A stretch of DNA of 64,000 nucleotides. Origin: Candidatus Kaiserbacteria bacterium. GTDB lineage: Bacteria; Patescibacteriota; Minisyncoccia; Phycocordibacterales; JABMNX01. The notes beneath the pieces were generated by a model. That model searched no databases and was not told where the DNA came from. It worked only from the letters and a program-made list of their open reading frames with translations. Within the stretch, counting starts at the first letter, position 1. Every line of letters starts with the position of its first letter. Below are positions 1-9,879 of the stretch, piece after piece. A program made the translations under genes and the position numbers. Where the stretch lies: contig JACPLB010000006.1 in NCBI GenBank assembly GCA_016186705.1, positions 16,325 through 80,324 on the forward strand, written 5' to 3'.

Positions 1-312
1 GATTAAAGTCGAATATGTTGCTGAATATGAAAACATGGTTGGTTCATCAGGGTAAGAAATTTTTTTTGAGAAATTTTGCATAATACCCAAAGATTGAAGT
101 TTATTTATGATATGTATTGTTTCCCACGTTGTAGTTGCATTCCCCCCGAATAATTGAAGTGATTGCGACACTGGTACAAAAATTCTTTCTCCCAAGTATT
201 TCTCAAGTACTCTCATACATATCTCCATTACCTTACGCATAGGGGTGCGGAAAATTTCCGTCCTTAGAACTTCATTGACTGACACGCTTACTTTTATATC
301 AAATTTCCCCAT
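1..312 (-). CDS. hypothetical protein, partial (continues past window start)
   Basis: Open reverse-strand frame from an ATG (plus coordinates 312-310) running off position 1 (MGKFDIKVSVSVNEVLRTEIF...). It is absent from the ORF track because there is no stop in the window. No recognisable domain. Confidence 0.3.
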   Translation of the reverse strand, partial: MGKFDIKVSVSVNEVLRTEIFRTPMRKVMEICMRVLEKYLGERIFVPVSQSLQLFGGNATTTWETIHIINKLQSLGIMQNFSKKISYPDEPTMFSYSATYSTLI

Positions 313-519
313 GAATTATTACTGATACTATACTACATTACTTCGCATTCTTTTTAGGAAACGCTAGGTAACTTTGAGTCAGCCGGGTTTTTACATTTTA
401 CTTGCAAACCCCAGCTATCTGATGCTATATAAACAACTATTGATATATACACCTAACAGGTATTAACTAGAACACAAACCTCATGGTATTATTTATAAAC
501 AACATCACGCCTTAGTTAA

Positions 520-1395
520 ATGACCATTCTACAAAAACAAACCAAAAGATTGTTAAAAAATATTATTTTTCTGACCAGTCTCTCAGCTCTTTTCCTAGCG
601 AATATTTTTTCTGGATTTTGGGGCAATAACATTTATCACCTTTCACGAAAAGCGCACAATATTCTAAGTGGCGGCGCAAATATAGCTTACGCTGACACTC
701 CTCCCCCCCCGCCTCCACCCGGTGGAGATAGTGGAGGAGGCGGTGGAGGTGATGCTTCATCTAGTTCGGGTAGTAGTGGTAGTAGCGATGGTCCTGGTGG
801 ATGTGCTGGCGGTAGTAGTAGCAGTGCTGGAGGTAGTGATGGTTCTTGTTCCCTTATTGTTGAGTATTGGAATGGAGTATTTTTTTCTCTTCTTGATATT
901 TATTCTCCTCGTTATTACCAGCCGGTATTGAATGCGATTAAAATACCAAGGGAGGGAATTCAATCAACAGGAGAAGTGCGGCTACGCATTACCGCGACGA
1001 AGCGCCATAAAGTATATTTTGCCGGCCTTGTGGTTCCGAAGAAAAAGCTTTCTTTCCAAACCGAGACGTTCTCTGTTTCAAAAGCGTTTCATGAACGAGA
1101 AGAGAAAGATTATACAAATGTTCTTAATAAGCCACATTCTGGTGAGTATATACGTACTATTCCTGGAGATACAATCAACGTTACATTGAAAGTTTCTAAA
1201 TCAAATCTCACTAAATCAGAACAAGAGGCATATGTTTTACAGGCAGGCGGTATTTATACCGTAGCGAGTGAAGCAACACAGCGCGAAGCAGGAGATTGGA
1301 TAAATCGTCTTGATCCGGAAGCAAAGTCCTTCTTGAGAAAACTACACACTCTTAACACGTACCATGACCGTGAGAAAAAACCGGTGTTATTGTAG
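520..1395 (+). CDS. secreted or membrane-anchored hypothetical protein with a Pro/Gly/Ser low-complexity linker
   Basis: N-terminal hydrophobic segment, then PPPPPPPGGDSGGGGGG...SSSGSSGSS linker, then a globular part starting LIVEYWNG. First of three consecutive paralog-like genes. Confidence 0.5.
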   Translation: MTILQKQTKRLLKNIIFLTSLSALFLANIFSGFWGNNIYHLSRKAHNILSGGANIAYADTPPPPPPPGGDSGGGGGGDASSSSGSSGSSDGPGGCAGGSSSSAGGSDGSCSLIVEYWNGVFFSLLDIYSPRYYQPVLNAIKIPREGIQSTGEVRLRITATKRHKVYFAGLVVPKKKLSFQTETFSVSKAFHEREEKDYTNVLNKPHSGEYIRTIPGDTINVTLKVSKSNLTKSEQEAYVLQAGGIYTVASEATQREAGDWINRLDPEAKSFLRKLHTLNTYHDREKKPVLL

Positions 1396-1407
1396 ATAAT
1401 AAAGTAT

Positions 1408-2391
1408 ATGAAATCAGAATTTGTACAAAAAAACACTCTCCACGCTCTCTCGGTTCTTGTAATGAATAAGCGCTCTGTTATTCGCATGGGCTTTGTTTCT
1501 CTAGCTCTTTTTGTTACACATTATTTCAATATAGACACTAATATAGCTGGATTCTTGTTGCCGTTTTTTATTCTTGATGGCGCTGATGGGGGAGGCGGCG
1601 GTGGTGGCTCAACTCCTTTTCTAAAAACCTGGAATGGGAAAAAATTTGTCTACGAGAACGATTTCCTTTTTGGAAAGCCAAGAAGTTTTTTCCGAAATTT
1701 GCAGGAAGGAATTAAGGCATATGAATCTGGAGAAATTACTCCCGACCTGTACAAAATTCAAAATAATATCAAGTTACGAAACGGAAACTTTGTTGCTCAA
1801 ATAAAAGAAATTGAGCCTGAAGAAAGTTATATAGACCATCTTTCCTTGCTTCGTGTCACGTATCCTAAGAATGGGGAATTAATTGTTGACTCAAATTTCA
1901 AGGATTTTTGCGTGTTTGAAAAAAGTGCCGTAAAAAAGTTGGAAGGCGTTCAAAAACAAGGCGTTTCGTTAAACGGAGTAGACGTTTCTTCTGGTGGCGG
2001 CAATGCAAAAAATATATGGGAACGCATGAGCAACGCCGACGGATATATGCTTGAGCCTAAAAAAGACACCCTCGAGATAAGAGGATTTGTCGAGGATAAA
2101 AATAAGGATGCGTATGTGTTGCTCCGTGCCCATATTAGAGATTGGACAGTGGGAGAAATTTTTGATGTGTCGAAACAAGAACACTATACATCCGCATCAT
2201 TTTTAGAAGTTTTCTCCCAAATATCATCCCCAAAAGTGCTCTCCACCGTTCTGAAATTTATACGCAGTATATTAGATATCTCAAGCTCGCTCGTTAAGTA
2301 CTGGGATAATAAAACAGCGAATATATCAGTATTAAAAAACTCTCCCAACGCTCAACAGCACTCTGCCTATCTACCGCTTCCTCCATGGTAG
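1408..2391 (+). CDS. membrane-anchored hypothetical protein with poly-Gly linker; paralog-like to 520..1395
   Basis: N-terminal TM, GGGGGGGS linker, then FLKTWNGKKF motif resembling the xEYWN motif of neighbouring genes. Confidence 0.5.
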   Translation: MKSEFVQKNTLHALSVLVMNKRSVIRMGFVSLALFVTHYFNIDTNIAGFLLPFFILDGADGGGGGGGSTPFLKTWNGKKFVYENDFLFGKPRSFFRNLQEGIKAYESGEITPDLYKIQNNIKLRNGNFVAQIKEIEPEESYIDHLSLLRVTYPKNGELIVDSNFKDFCVFEKSAVKKLEGVQKQGVSLNGVDVSSGGGNAKNIWERMSNADGYMLEPKKDTLEIRGFVEDKNKDAYVLLRAHIRDWTVGEIFDVSKQEHYTSASFLEVFSQISSPKVLSTVLKFIRSILDISSSLVKYWDNKTANISVLKNSPNAQQHSAYLPLPPW

Positions 2392-2429
2392 AGAAAATTT
2401 CGAACCTTCTATTTTAACTAATACAGCAT

Positions 2430-4100
2430 ATGCAAGATCTCGACAACCATAATGTAGTTGAACATCTTATGGAAAATGCCGGAAACGTTAACCAAGAGAA
2501 TACATTTCCACCTCAAAAGAAAACATTATCTTCCATTAAAATTTGGGCGGGCATTTTTTTGCTGGCATTGCTGTTGATAGTCGGTGTGGGATGGTATACC
2601 TTTTTTATTGGAAATCGTATAGTAGAATTTGATAAGATAAATCAGGTAATTGGAGCTGATATATCAAAAGATACTCCCCTGGGAACATTTAATTATACAA
2701 TCCCCGGAGTTCCCTATTTTAGTCTTTATAATCACGTTGGCAATGTTAGCTATCTCATTCTTGATACAGATGCGGCACTCGCTTCCATATTGGAGTACTG
2801 GAACCCTAGTGAATATAATTTTACAGGACTCTTGAGGAAAATAAGTACAAATGCTAAAAACCCCTTTATCACTCTCCTTGATTTGGAAAATTATGTCCTT
2901 GAACTTGATAACTATGTCACCAAACAAGAATATCTGGGTATAAGTGACATAAAAAAATACGTTAATCAAGAGGTAAAAACCCCCCTCCTTTTATTTTCAG
3001 CTTATGATGTGAACCAGTTACCAGGAGCGCTCTACTATCCTCTTTCTGTTATCATTGGAATTAATGAGTCAGAACAGACACTTACGTTGCACAATTACTG
3101 GCTTGGAAATAATTACAAGATTAGCTTTGAAGATTTTGCTACGCTTCAAGAAAGAAAATTAGGAGAGAAGAATATCTATCTTATTATTCAACCAAAGACT
3201 TTTAAGAATACACTACTAAGGTTAAAGGAAAATGAAAGTATAATTTATCCAGAACGTGGAGTGATTATGAATGAATCTTTGGAGATGGTAAAAAATTATA
3301 CAACTGGCACGAGCCTGTTGCTTAATGGGTTGTATATGCTTGCAGAAAAACATTTGAAATTGGTGATAAATGACCAAAAATTCGAGAAGTTTATGCCTCC
3401 GTACTTAAAAGTCATGTCCTTGACATTCTTAGCAGAAGCTCAACTTGCTCTTGGGAAGGATAATGAGGCGAGAAATTACGTTATAAAAGCAATTGAATTA
3501 AATCACGATTTGGACAAGTCTTTTCAAGACTGGCCGGGGTATGAAGTTCGTTACAATATACCTGAAACTATAACAGATCGTGTAACTCGCCCATACATTA
3601 TTTTAGGTAATGTATATAAAAAATCCGGTCTATTGGATGAAGCAAAAGTGTCTTACGAAAAAGCTTTGGCTATAAATGCAAATGATGTTAACGCGCGGAC
3701 AAATCTTCGTCTCGTCAATAAGCATCTTGCGTTCCTGACTAAAGAAACCTCCTCAAGCGTTAACACCGTAACATTCAAAAATATGCTTGTACAAAATTCT
3801 CCATGGAGTGTCTCATGGGAGAGCAGTTTTGGAAACTCTGGAACACAAAAAATAAGCTTCTCTGCTGTTTTAGGCGGCACAAACTTGCGCGGTTCTGTCA
3901 TCAGTTCGGAGACACGCGTTGGAGATATGGAGAACCTTATAATTGAGGATAATTGCGTCAGCTTCACTTTCTCTGTTTCCGGTACTCGATACAAATATTG
4001 TCTTACCGAGTCCAATATACTTGAGGGGATATACAGTGGAGTTGATGCAAGAGGAAACTTCTTTTTGGGAAGTGCTACCGCAAAACCTTCTGGAAATTAA
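2430..4100 (+). CDS. TM-anchored protein with ILEYWN-motif domain, TPR-like helical repeats and a C-terminal beta-rich domain
   Basis: N-terminal TM helix. ILEYWNPSEYNF motif shared with 520..1395. TPR-like segments (LAEAQLALGKDNEARNYVIKAIELN; YEKALAINANDVNARTNL). The C-terminal ~100 aa is paralogous to the protein encoded at 4223..4651 (-). Confidence 0.55.
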   Translation: MQDLDNHNVVEHLMENAGNVNQENTFPPQKKTLSSIKIWAGIFLLALLLIVGVGWYTFFIGNRIVEFDKINQVIGADISKDTPLGTFNYTIPGVPYFSLYNHVGNVSYLILDTDAALASILEYWNPSEYNFTGLLRKISTNAKNPFITLLDLENYVLELDNYVTKQEYLGISDIKKYVNQEVKTPLLLFSAYDVNQLPGALYYPLSVIIGINESEQTLTLHNYWLGNNYKISFEDFATLQERKLGEKNIYLIIQPKTFKNTLLRLKENESIIYPERGVIMNESLEMVKNYTTGTSLLLNGLYMLAEKHLKLVINDQKFEKFMPPYLKVMSLTFLAEAQLALGKDNEARNYVIKAIELNHDLDKSFQDWPGYEVRYNIPETITDRVTRPYIILGNVYKKSGLLDEAKVSYEKALAINANDVNARTNLRLVNKHLAFLTKETSSSVNTVTFKNMLVQNSPWSVSWESSFGNSGTQKISFSAVLGGTNLRGSVISSETRVGDMENLIIEDNCVSFTFSVSGTRYKYCLTESNILEGIYSGVDARGNFFLGSATAKPSGN

Positions 4101-4167
4101 ATGGTAATGAGGGTCAGTAATTATATGGTAAATATATAAAAATAACTCACGTTGTTTTTAAAAGTTA

Positions 4168-4212
4168 AGAGCCGCTCCTATGAATGTCAGAGCGGCTCTG
4201 TCGTTTGTTTTT
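4168..4212. terminator. bidirectional rho-independent terminator between convergent genes
   Basis: Perfect 10-bp inverted repeat agagccgctc/gagcggctct (4168-4177 / 4190-4199) followed by a T-rich run (tcgtttgtttttg). Confidence 0.5.
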
Positions 4213-4222
4213 GCTGGCTCGA

Positions 4223-4651
4223 TTACTTGCCAGTCGGTTTCCCTGTCGCTTTGCCGGTATACCAGTTGCCGGAGCGGCTCTGCCCTTCATAATCTCCCGT
4301 GAGTATTCCGTCCTTCAAGCAGTAGTTGTAGGTTCTCGGGTTCTGGCCGGTGATGAACTTGACGCACGAACTCGTGACTGTCAAATTCTTGAGAGGTAGG
4401 TCGGCACTTCCTCGATCGGAACCGAAGAATTCCCCCGATAAAGCAGCACCGTCCTTTTTGAAGCGTAGCTTGTGGGTACCCTTCGCGCCGCTCTGGTTCT
4501 CCCACGAGACGTCCCACGGGGATTGCTTGACGAGAAGCTCCTTGAAGGCGTCCTCGTCTGGGGTACCGGCGAAAGTCGTCGTCGGGATGGCAACCATCGC
4601 GAAAATGGCGACGGCAAGTGCGGTAACGAACCGTAAAACGTTGCGCAGCAT
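4223..4651 (-). CDS. small secreted protein, paralog of the C-terminal domain of 2430..4100; GC-rich
   Basis: Signal-peptide-like N-terminus (AIFAMVAIPTTTFA). SPWDVSWENQSG...NYCLKDGILTGDYEGQSRSGNWYTGKATGKPTGK aligns with SPWSVSWESSFG...KYCLTESNILEGIYSGVDARGNFFLGSATAKPSGN. GC content is clearly higher than in flanking genes. Confidence 0.55.
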   Translation of the reverse strand: MLRNVLRFVTALAVAIFAMVAIPTTTFAGTPDEDAFKELLVKQSPWDVSWENQSGAKGTHKLRFKKDGAALSGEFFGSDRGSADLPLKNLTVTSSCVKFITGQNPRTYNYCLKDGILTGDYEGQSRSGNWYTGKATGKPTGK

Positions 4652-4780
4652 GGAAAATCTCCTTTCGTGCGCTGGTTGTTGCGTGTTGGTAGATCAGTCT
4701 ATTTCTCATTATACACTTTTTGTAATTTTTGTCAAGATTTCATTAAAGACCTTTGTTTAATGGTTATTTTGATATAGTGA

Positions 4781-5551
4781 TTGCAACCACGATATATGCA
4801 ACTGTTACAACTTAACAAAAACACACTCATCATTATTGTTGCAATTTTTGTTACGGCGGTATTTTTTACTTGGGGGGACATTACTATTCCTGTTTTAAAT
4901 CGTAACGTGGACGCACTAGTCCAGAAAGGAAATTATTATTTTAACGTTAACGGTGCGGGAATATATGATTTGGAAAGGGCGGAAAAGTACTTTGAAAAAG
5001 CGCTTGATGTTGACGCGAATGTGCCGGACGCGTGGCATCAACTCGCTCGGATTGATTTTTTAAGAGGGGATTTTGACGAAGCGCTTGAAAAGATAAACAC
5101 GCAAATTGCAATTCACGGGGACTCTTTGATGTCCTCGTTCTATATCCGGGGGCTCATTCTTGGATACATGGGGCGGTATGAAGAGTCAGAGAAAGATTTC
5201 TTGAAATTTCTTGAATGGGACCCGACCAATTGGGCGGCACATAATGATTTAGCGTGGGTATATTTTTCTGAAGGTCGGTTTGAAGATGCAGCGGACGCGG
5301 CACAGGAAGGATTGCAAAACAATCCTCAAAATCCGTGGCTTTTGAATATGTATGGAGTGTCGTTAATGAATCTTGGAGATGATATAGGCGCAAAAAATGC
5401 ACTTCAAAAAGCGTACGCAGCAGCCGAGCTTTTAACCGAATCCACATGGCACTGGGCGTATCCAGGGAATAATCCAATGAGCGCTACGAAGGGGCTTAAA
5501 GAGTTCCAAGAGGCAATACGAAAAAATCTTCAGTTGGTCGGGGGTAATTAA
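4781..5551 (+). CDS. TM-anchored TPR-repeat protein
   Basis: N-terminal TM. Multiple TPR-like 34-aa units (AEKYFEKALDVDANVPDAWHQLARIDFLRGDFDEALEKIN...; EDAADAAQEGLQNNPQNPWLLNMYGVSL). Confidence 0.6.
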   Translation: MQPRYMQLLQLNKNTLIIIVAIFVTAVFFTWGDITIPVLNRNVDALVQKGNYYFNVNGAGIYDLERAEKYFEKALDVDANVPDAWHQLARIDFLRGDFDEALEKINTQIAIHGDSLMSSFYIRGLILGYMGRYEESEKDFLKFLEWDPTNWAAHNDLAWVYFSEGRFEDAADAAQEGLQNNPQNPWLLNMYGVSLMNLGDDIGAKNALQKAYAAAELLTESTWHWAYPGNNPMSATKGLKEFQEAIRKNLQLVGGN

Positions 5552-5598
5552 GGAGCTTTTTATTTTTCTACGCTGTACTATAATAATAAAGAAAGACT

Positions 5599-6318
5599 AT
5601 GGAAGCGTATAAACAAAACATCTTTCAGATAGGCATTTTACTTGTTGTAGCCATTATTTTCAGCGTGCTTGCCGGCGGTATTGCTTCAATAGGAGGATTT
5701 TCAATGGAGAACTCCGTTGAGGTTGGTGTTGCAACCCTGTCTCCTCTGGGAGTAAGCGGCGGTTTCGCGATTCCGGCATCCTGCCCGTCATATGCGCATA
5801 ACCCCGGAGAGTGCACCCCGCCAACCTTTACGGCGACCGGTGGCTCGGGTTCGGGGTCAAATATATTCATCAACGAAGGAAGTTCGGCAACTCTTGAGTG
5901 GCAAGGTTTCAGCTCGTCAAGCTGTTCAGGCGTTAATTTCTCAACCGGAGGAGCAGTGTCGGGTTCCGCGGTAGTTACACCCGCCGATACAACACAGTAC
6001 ACGGTCATCTGCTCAAACGGAGGACAGTCGTCCGTCACGGTAAACGTGCTCCACCCCGACCTTTCAATTACCGCAACACCGTCGCTTCTTCAGTCGGGGG
6101 ACACAACGAGCATCGCATGGTTTGCGACGAGCGTGAACAGCTGTTCGGTCTCCGAAAATAATTCTGGCATTACCGACTCCTGGAGCGGCACGTCCGGAAC
6201 ACAGATTTCAAGTCCAATTACCGAGCAGACAATCTACACGCTCACCTGTCTCACTGACGGCGGCGCTTTGTCGGAGAGCGTGACGGTAAATCTCATTCCT
6301 GTTTTCCAGGAGTTTTAA
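5599..6318 (+). CDS. secreted protein with two tandem Ig-like/beta-sandwich repeats; GC-rich
   Basis: N-terminal TM or signal. Two ~90-aa repeats, each ending in a QYTVICSNGG / TIYTLTCLTDGG pattern. Confidence 0.5.
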   Translation: MEAYKQNIFQIGILLVVAIIFSVLAGGIASIGGFSMENSVEVGVATLSPLGVSGGFAIPASCPSYAHNPGECTPPTFTATGGSGSGSNIFINEGSSATLEWQGFSSSSCSGVNFSTGGAVSGSAVVTPADTTQYTVICSNGGQSSVTVNVLHPDLSITATPSLLQSGDTTSIAWFATSVNSCSVSENNSGITDSWSGTSGTQISSPITEQTIYTLTCLTDGGALSESVTVNLIPVFQEF

Positions 6319-6387
6319 ACATATACGCGCAGACACCGTCTGCTGCTTATAACGGCAGGCGGTGTCTTATTTCTTTAAATCATTTCG

Positions 6388-6846
6388 TTAAAAGCCGAAA
6401 AACTCGAGTATTTTATGCGAGACTGGCTCGCGAAGTTCTTCCTCTTTCAGTTTCGTGAGAAGCACGTTGCGTGCGTCCTCCATGTTCTCATCACTCAGTG
6501 GGATGACGATGTACGGCATCACGACGCGCTGTGATTTTAGGATGAGCACATGGTGTCCATGTTCGTCTTCCTCAATCCAGAAGGACTCGAGCGTCTTGAA
6601 AGGGTAGAGCGTCTCGTCAATCCCGATGCCTCGCTTGTTTATCTCAAAGTGCACCATGTGCGGGCGCCGTGCGGCAAAAAGCGCCATCACGAACGCGCCG
6701 ATGATAATAAGGAGCGCGAAGAGGATATTTTTGAAAATGACCGCGGTTACCGCGCTTGAAAGCGCGATAATGCCGAGTGCCCAGAACCAATCACTGCTTT
6801 TTTCGTGATGGTCGTACTCGTATCCTTGCCAGCTGATAGTGTCCAT
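6388..6846 (-). CDS. membrane protein, possible bacterial PH-like domain
   Basis: Two adjacent TM helices followed by a soluble C-terminal domain. No firm family assignment. Confidence 0.45.
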   Translation of the reverse strand: MDTISWQGYEYDHHEKSSDWFWALGIIALSSAVTAVIFKNILFALLIIIGAFVMALFAARRPHMVHFEINKRGIGIDETLYPFKTLESFWIEEDEHGHHVLILKSQRVVMPYIVIPLSDENMEDARNVLLTKLKEEELREPVSHKILEFFGF

Positions 6847-6934
6847 ACAAAGAATCGTGATTCTCCGAAGAGAATCAATGTGACTATATATTCAATAGTA
6901 CCACGGAGCGCAAAGAGAAAGCATTAGCGCGCTG

Positions 6935-7192
6935 TTAACTTACTTTTGTTTCAAGTTGTGTCTCCGGCGCCCCGCTCTTCTTTTTTGAGAAAACAAAAAG
7001 GTAGAGGATTTCAAGAATCCCCGCGGTGTTGATGATGAGAAGCGCGATGAACCACCACTTCGCCCCCAATCGCGCCGCTCTCCACAGCGCGAGCCCTTTC
7101 CACACCGTCGTCCAAATGACAAGAACGAGGATGACTATAAGCGCAGTCCCCGTCAGAAAAGTATTTGCAAACAACGCATTTAATTCATTCAT
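6935..7192 (-). CDS. small membrane protein, PLDc_N-like (PLD/cardiolipin-synthase N-terminal domain family)
   Basis: 85 aa with two TM segments and the W..LW....LG.KWW motif (VWKGLALWRAARLGAKWWFIALLIINTAGILEILY) typical of PF13396-like proteins. Confidence 0.45.
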   Translation of the reverse strand: MNELNALFANTFLTGTALIVILVLVIWTTVWKGLALWRAARLGAKWWFIALLIINTAGILEILYLFVFSKKKSGAPETQLETKVS

Positions 7193-7436
7193 ATATTTTA
7201 ATTATATCTTATACAATACATTTTTGAATTGCGGGGACGATGTCCGGAAGTTTGAATCGAAAACGTGGCTCAAATTCAAGGATATTGATGAAAGTATACA
7301 AGAATTAAGGCGTATTTTCAAAATTCACCCTGAGTGGTTTGAAATACCAAAGCCAAAGTCAGATAAAGGTAAAAATGTGGTTGATTATTCTGTCGAAAAC
7401 TAGATCGACTTATCAAACTTCTTACGCAGCAAATCG

Positions 7437-8366
7437 TTATTGTTGATTTACTTCAGGGTCGCTTAAAGAACTTAGCCAACTTTCGTGCGCAGAATCAATG
7501 GCTTTTACATTGGCGAAAATAGAGTCAATGCGATGGATTATAAGAGCCTCGGGCGCAGAACCAACGTACAAGAGAAATTCTCGGGTTGTTTCTAATATCA
7601 ACTGTGCAATAGGCAGTATTTGCTGAGGTCTGGGGCGCCCCCATTCAAAATTCGGGCTGAAGTCATCTTCGCTAAACTCGAGGTGATGATCCAAAATGTC
7701 CGTCCAAGTGCCGTGAATACTGCGAGAGCTACCGCCGTATAGCGCTATGTATGTGGACTCGAGACCAACGTCTTTGGTCTTCTCGTAGAAGTTTTTACCG
7801 CCCCAATCTTTTGGCTTATTCGGAGTAATGTCATCAATCTTTACTCCCGAGCGGGTTGCGTACCTTTCGATTGAACTGAGCATTCGATTCTCAATGTGCC
7901 ACTTTTCACCTTCTCTAGCGGTAATATTAGTGTGAATCACATCACGAAGTTTTCGCTCGTGCCGTAACGCATACCTCACATAGGAATCAAACAAATCTGG
8001 AGAAGCGTTCCTGATTAGGAACTTTATATTTACAAGATTCTCGAACAGCAGGCGCGAGAAAATAAAAGCGGTTTCTTGGCGCTTTTGACAGACTTGATCT
8101 AAATGAGCAGACAAGAGTTTCGCGAGTCGTACAAAGTTACCGCCAACGACTGCTTGGTCCCTATTCCACTTTTCAGATCCAGGTGGAAGCACACCGGCCG
8201 CAAGAGCCACAATTGAAGCTGTTTCTTTCATCAACTCTACTGACAAATGCATAAAACCGCCCTCGTCTGTTATCGAGGTAAGTTTTTCGGGTGTTGCCTC
8301 AGCGTGACTGATAGTTTTGAGTATCTCGTCAATATCTGTTAATCCAGTTTCTTTACTTCCATTCAT
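7437..8366 (-). CDS. hypothetical protein, distal gene of the low-GC cassette
   Basis: Track ORF 7437..8411 starts with TTG. The first ATG (8366) gives a 14-nt overlap with the upstream gene, suggesting translational coupling. No recognisable catalytic motif. AT-rich. Confidence 0.45.
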   Translation of the reverse strand: MNGSKETGLTDIDEILKTISHAEATPEKLTSITDEGGFMHLSVELMKETASIVALAAGVLPPGSEKWNRDQAVVGGNFVRLAKLLSAHLDQVCQKRQETAFIFSRLLFENLVNIKFLIRNASPDLFDSYVRYALRHERKLRDVIHTNITAREGEKWHIENRMLSSIERYATRSGVKIDDITPNKPKDWGGKNFYEKTKDVGLESTYIALYGGSSRSIHGTWTDILDHHLEFSEDDFSPNFEWGRPRPQQILPIAQLILETTREFLLYVGSAPEALIIHRIDSIFANVKAIDSAHESWLSSLSDPEVNQQ

Positions 8367-9042
8367 GAATATCGTGCTTGCCGTCGTTGTATAGTTTACG
8401 ACCGTATGCAACTGCTATTTCTGCAAGGCGAGCAGCTTCTCCTCGGTGCAAATTATCCAGTACATGCTGGAAATCTCTTTGCATTTCTTTCTTCCAACCA
8501 GCTTCCTCATCTTTCCACCAGTACGACACTCCGCCATCCATTAAATCTTTGCCCATTGAATTGAGGAGTCTTGCGACCTCGTTAATTAACTCATACATTT
8601 TGTCGCTGGATGGAATAGTAGGCAGTACGTAGTCCTTTTCTCGATGTGCGAAATATGTATCCCGTGCATCCTTTAGCATTTCCAGTGATTTCTTGTGTTT
8701 TTCTTTCAGCTCTTCGAATTCCTTTTCCCGATCAATCTTATACTTCTTGGCTTCGTCTAATAGATAAGAGAGCGTTCGTTTCTGTTTATTTTTCCCATCC
8801 TCAAACAATTGAGTTATAGATAATACAGTCGCATAACAGATGCCGCTTTCGAGTGACCGAAAAAAGTAATTATACTTTTTCATTATCTCGACGTTATGGT
8901 TTGCATCTTGGTTGCCGATATAAACTTTGCTTTTTGAAAGGGCACAACAAAATAACAGCTCACAGTATGTGCTGGTCTCGTATAAGTGGTTAAAGAAGCC
9001 ATCCCACAACTTTTTTAGTTCCTCTTTGTTGTTGGTACTCAT
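8353..9042 (-). CDS. hypothetical protein with HEPN-like Rx5H motif (AbiU2/Swt1-like guess)
   Basis: Predicted all-helical 229-aa protein. The motif KDARDTYFAHREKDY (R-x5-H with AH) fits the HEPN Rx4-6H signature. AT-rich. Middle gene of a three-gene minus-strand cassette. Confidence 0.45.
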   Translation of the reverse strand: MSTNNKEELKKLWDGFFNHLYETSTYCELLFCCALSKSKVYIGNQDANHNVEIMKKYNYFFRSLESGICYATVLSITQLFEDGKNKQKRTLSYLLDEAKKYKIDREKEFEELKEKHKKSLEMLKDARDTYFAHREKDYVLPTIPSSDKMYELINEVARLLNSMGKDLMDGGVSYWWKDEEAGWKKEMQRDFQHVLDNLHRGEAARLAEIAVAYGRKLYNDGKHDIHEWK

Positions 9043-9063
9043 TTTTCGTTTCCATAAAATTAT

Positions 9064-9627
9064 TTAATCTTCCTCGCGACGAATTGAATCCCAAGATGTG
9101 CGCCAATAGTTCTTTCTTTGCTCCACATCTTTTTCGTACTCTTTCTCAAATATTCTTTTATATAAATCCCAACTGTAAGCGATACTTAAATTATGATAAG
9201 GAATGACCCCATTCGAGTTATCGTAAAATTTTTCTTCTACTGCACTAATTTTTTCTCCGTTTATAATCGATATGTTTGATTCGATCATTTTGTCATACTC
9301 TTGTTTTGCAAAGTTGGTACAAAAACGTACCAAGGTATTTCTACCGATTGCATTTAAGAGATCATCGCTGGGTTTAAAATCTTCCTTTTTACCTTGAAAC
9401 TTTTTTATTTCCTCAACCTCTTTCTTTTGAAAAGCACTGAAACTATCTTCAAATTGTTTTTGCCAATTAGTAAATAACTTCTTACTATCAGAGATTTGTT
9501 TCTCAGAGAATAAAGGATTTAAGCTCGTTTTTTCGTCACTCAAAGATGGGGTCAATTCTTTCTTATTCTTAATCCAAAAGAAATATACAATGACTCCTAT
9601 AGCGATTATCCAAATTGGTGTGTACAT
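9064..9627 (-). CDS. membrane-anchored hypothetical protein, first gene of the cassette
   Basis: Track ORF 9064..9765 reads through the tRNA. Trimmed to ATG at 9627 (MYTPIWIIAIGVIVYFFWIKNKK = N-terminal TM). A TGnTATAAT-like -10 (ttggtataat) lies just upstream, between it and the tRNA. Confidence 0.45.
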   Translation of the reverse strand: MYTPIWIIAIGVIVYFFWIKNKKELTPSLSDEKTSLNPLFSEKQISDSKKLFTNWQKQFEDSFSAFQKKEVEEIKKFQGKKEDFKPSDDLLNAIGRNTLVRFCTNFAKQEYDKMIESNISIINGEKISAVEEKFYDNSNGVIPYHNLSIAYSWDLYKRIFEKEYEKDVEQRKNYWRTSWDSIRREED

Positions 9628-9685
9628 ATTTTTATTGATTAAATTATACCAAGAAACCCTTATTTTGCTTGGGTTCAAACTTGGT

Positions 9686-9779
<94 letters not shown>

Positions 9780-9879
9780 AATATACTTCGTATTGTCGCT
9801 TGCTAGCATAATGCTAGCAAACCGGCGGCTTCGTTGGTCGTCCTCTTTCAGAGTAAACAGAAAGCAGTCTCTGTTTACT

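Noticed and set aside
3760-4651. Possible diversity-generating retroelement (template/variable repeat pair) suggested by the duplicated C-terminal domain in 2430..4100 and 4223..4651
   Set aside because: Nucleotide identity between the two copies is only ~60% and mismatches are not confined to adenines. Both copies are coding. No reverse transcriptase gene is present in the window. They are ordinary divergent paralogs.
7026-7403. 125-aa plus-strand ORF
   Set aside because: Its 5' half overlaps the PLDc_N-like gene on the opposite strand, and it lacks an RBS and any recognisable features. Most likely spurious, though a small gene in 7200-7403 cannot be excluded.
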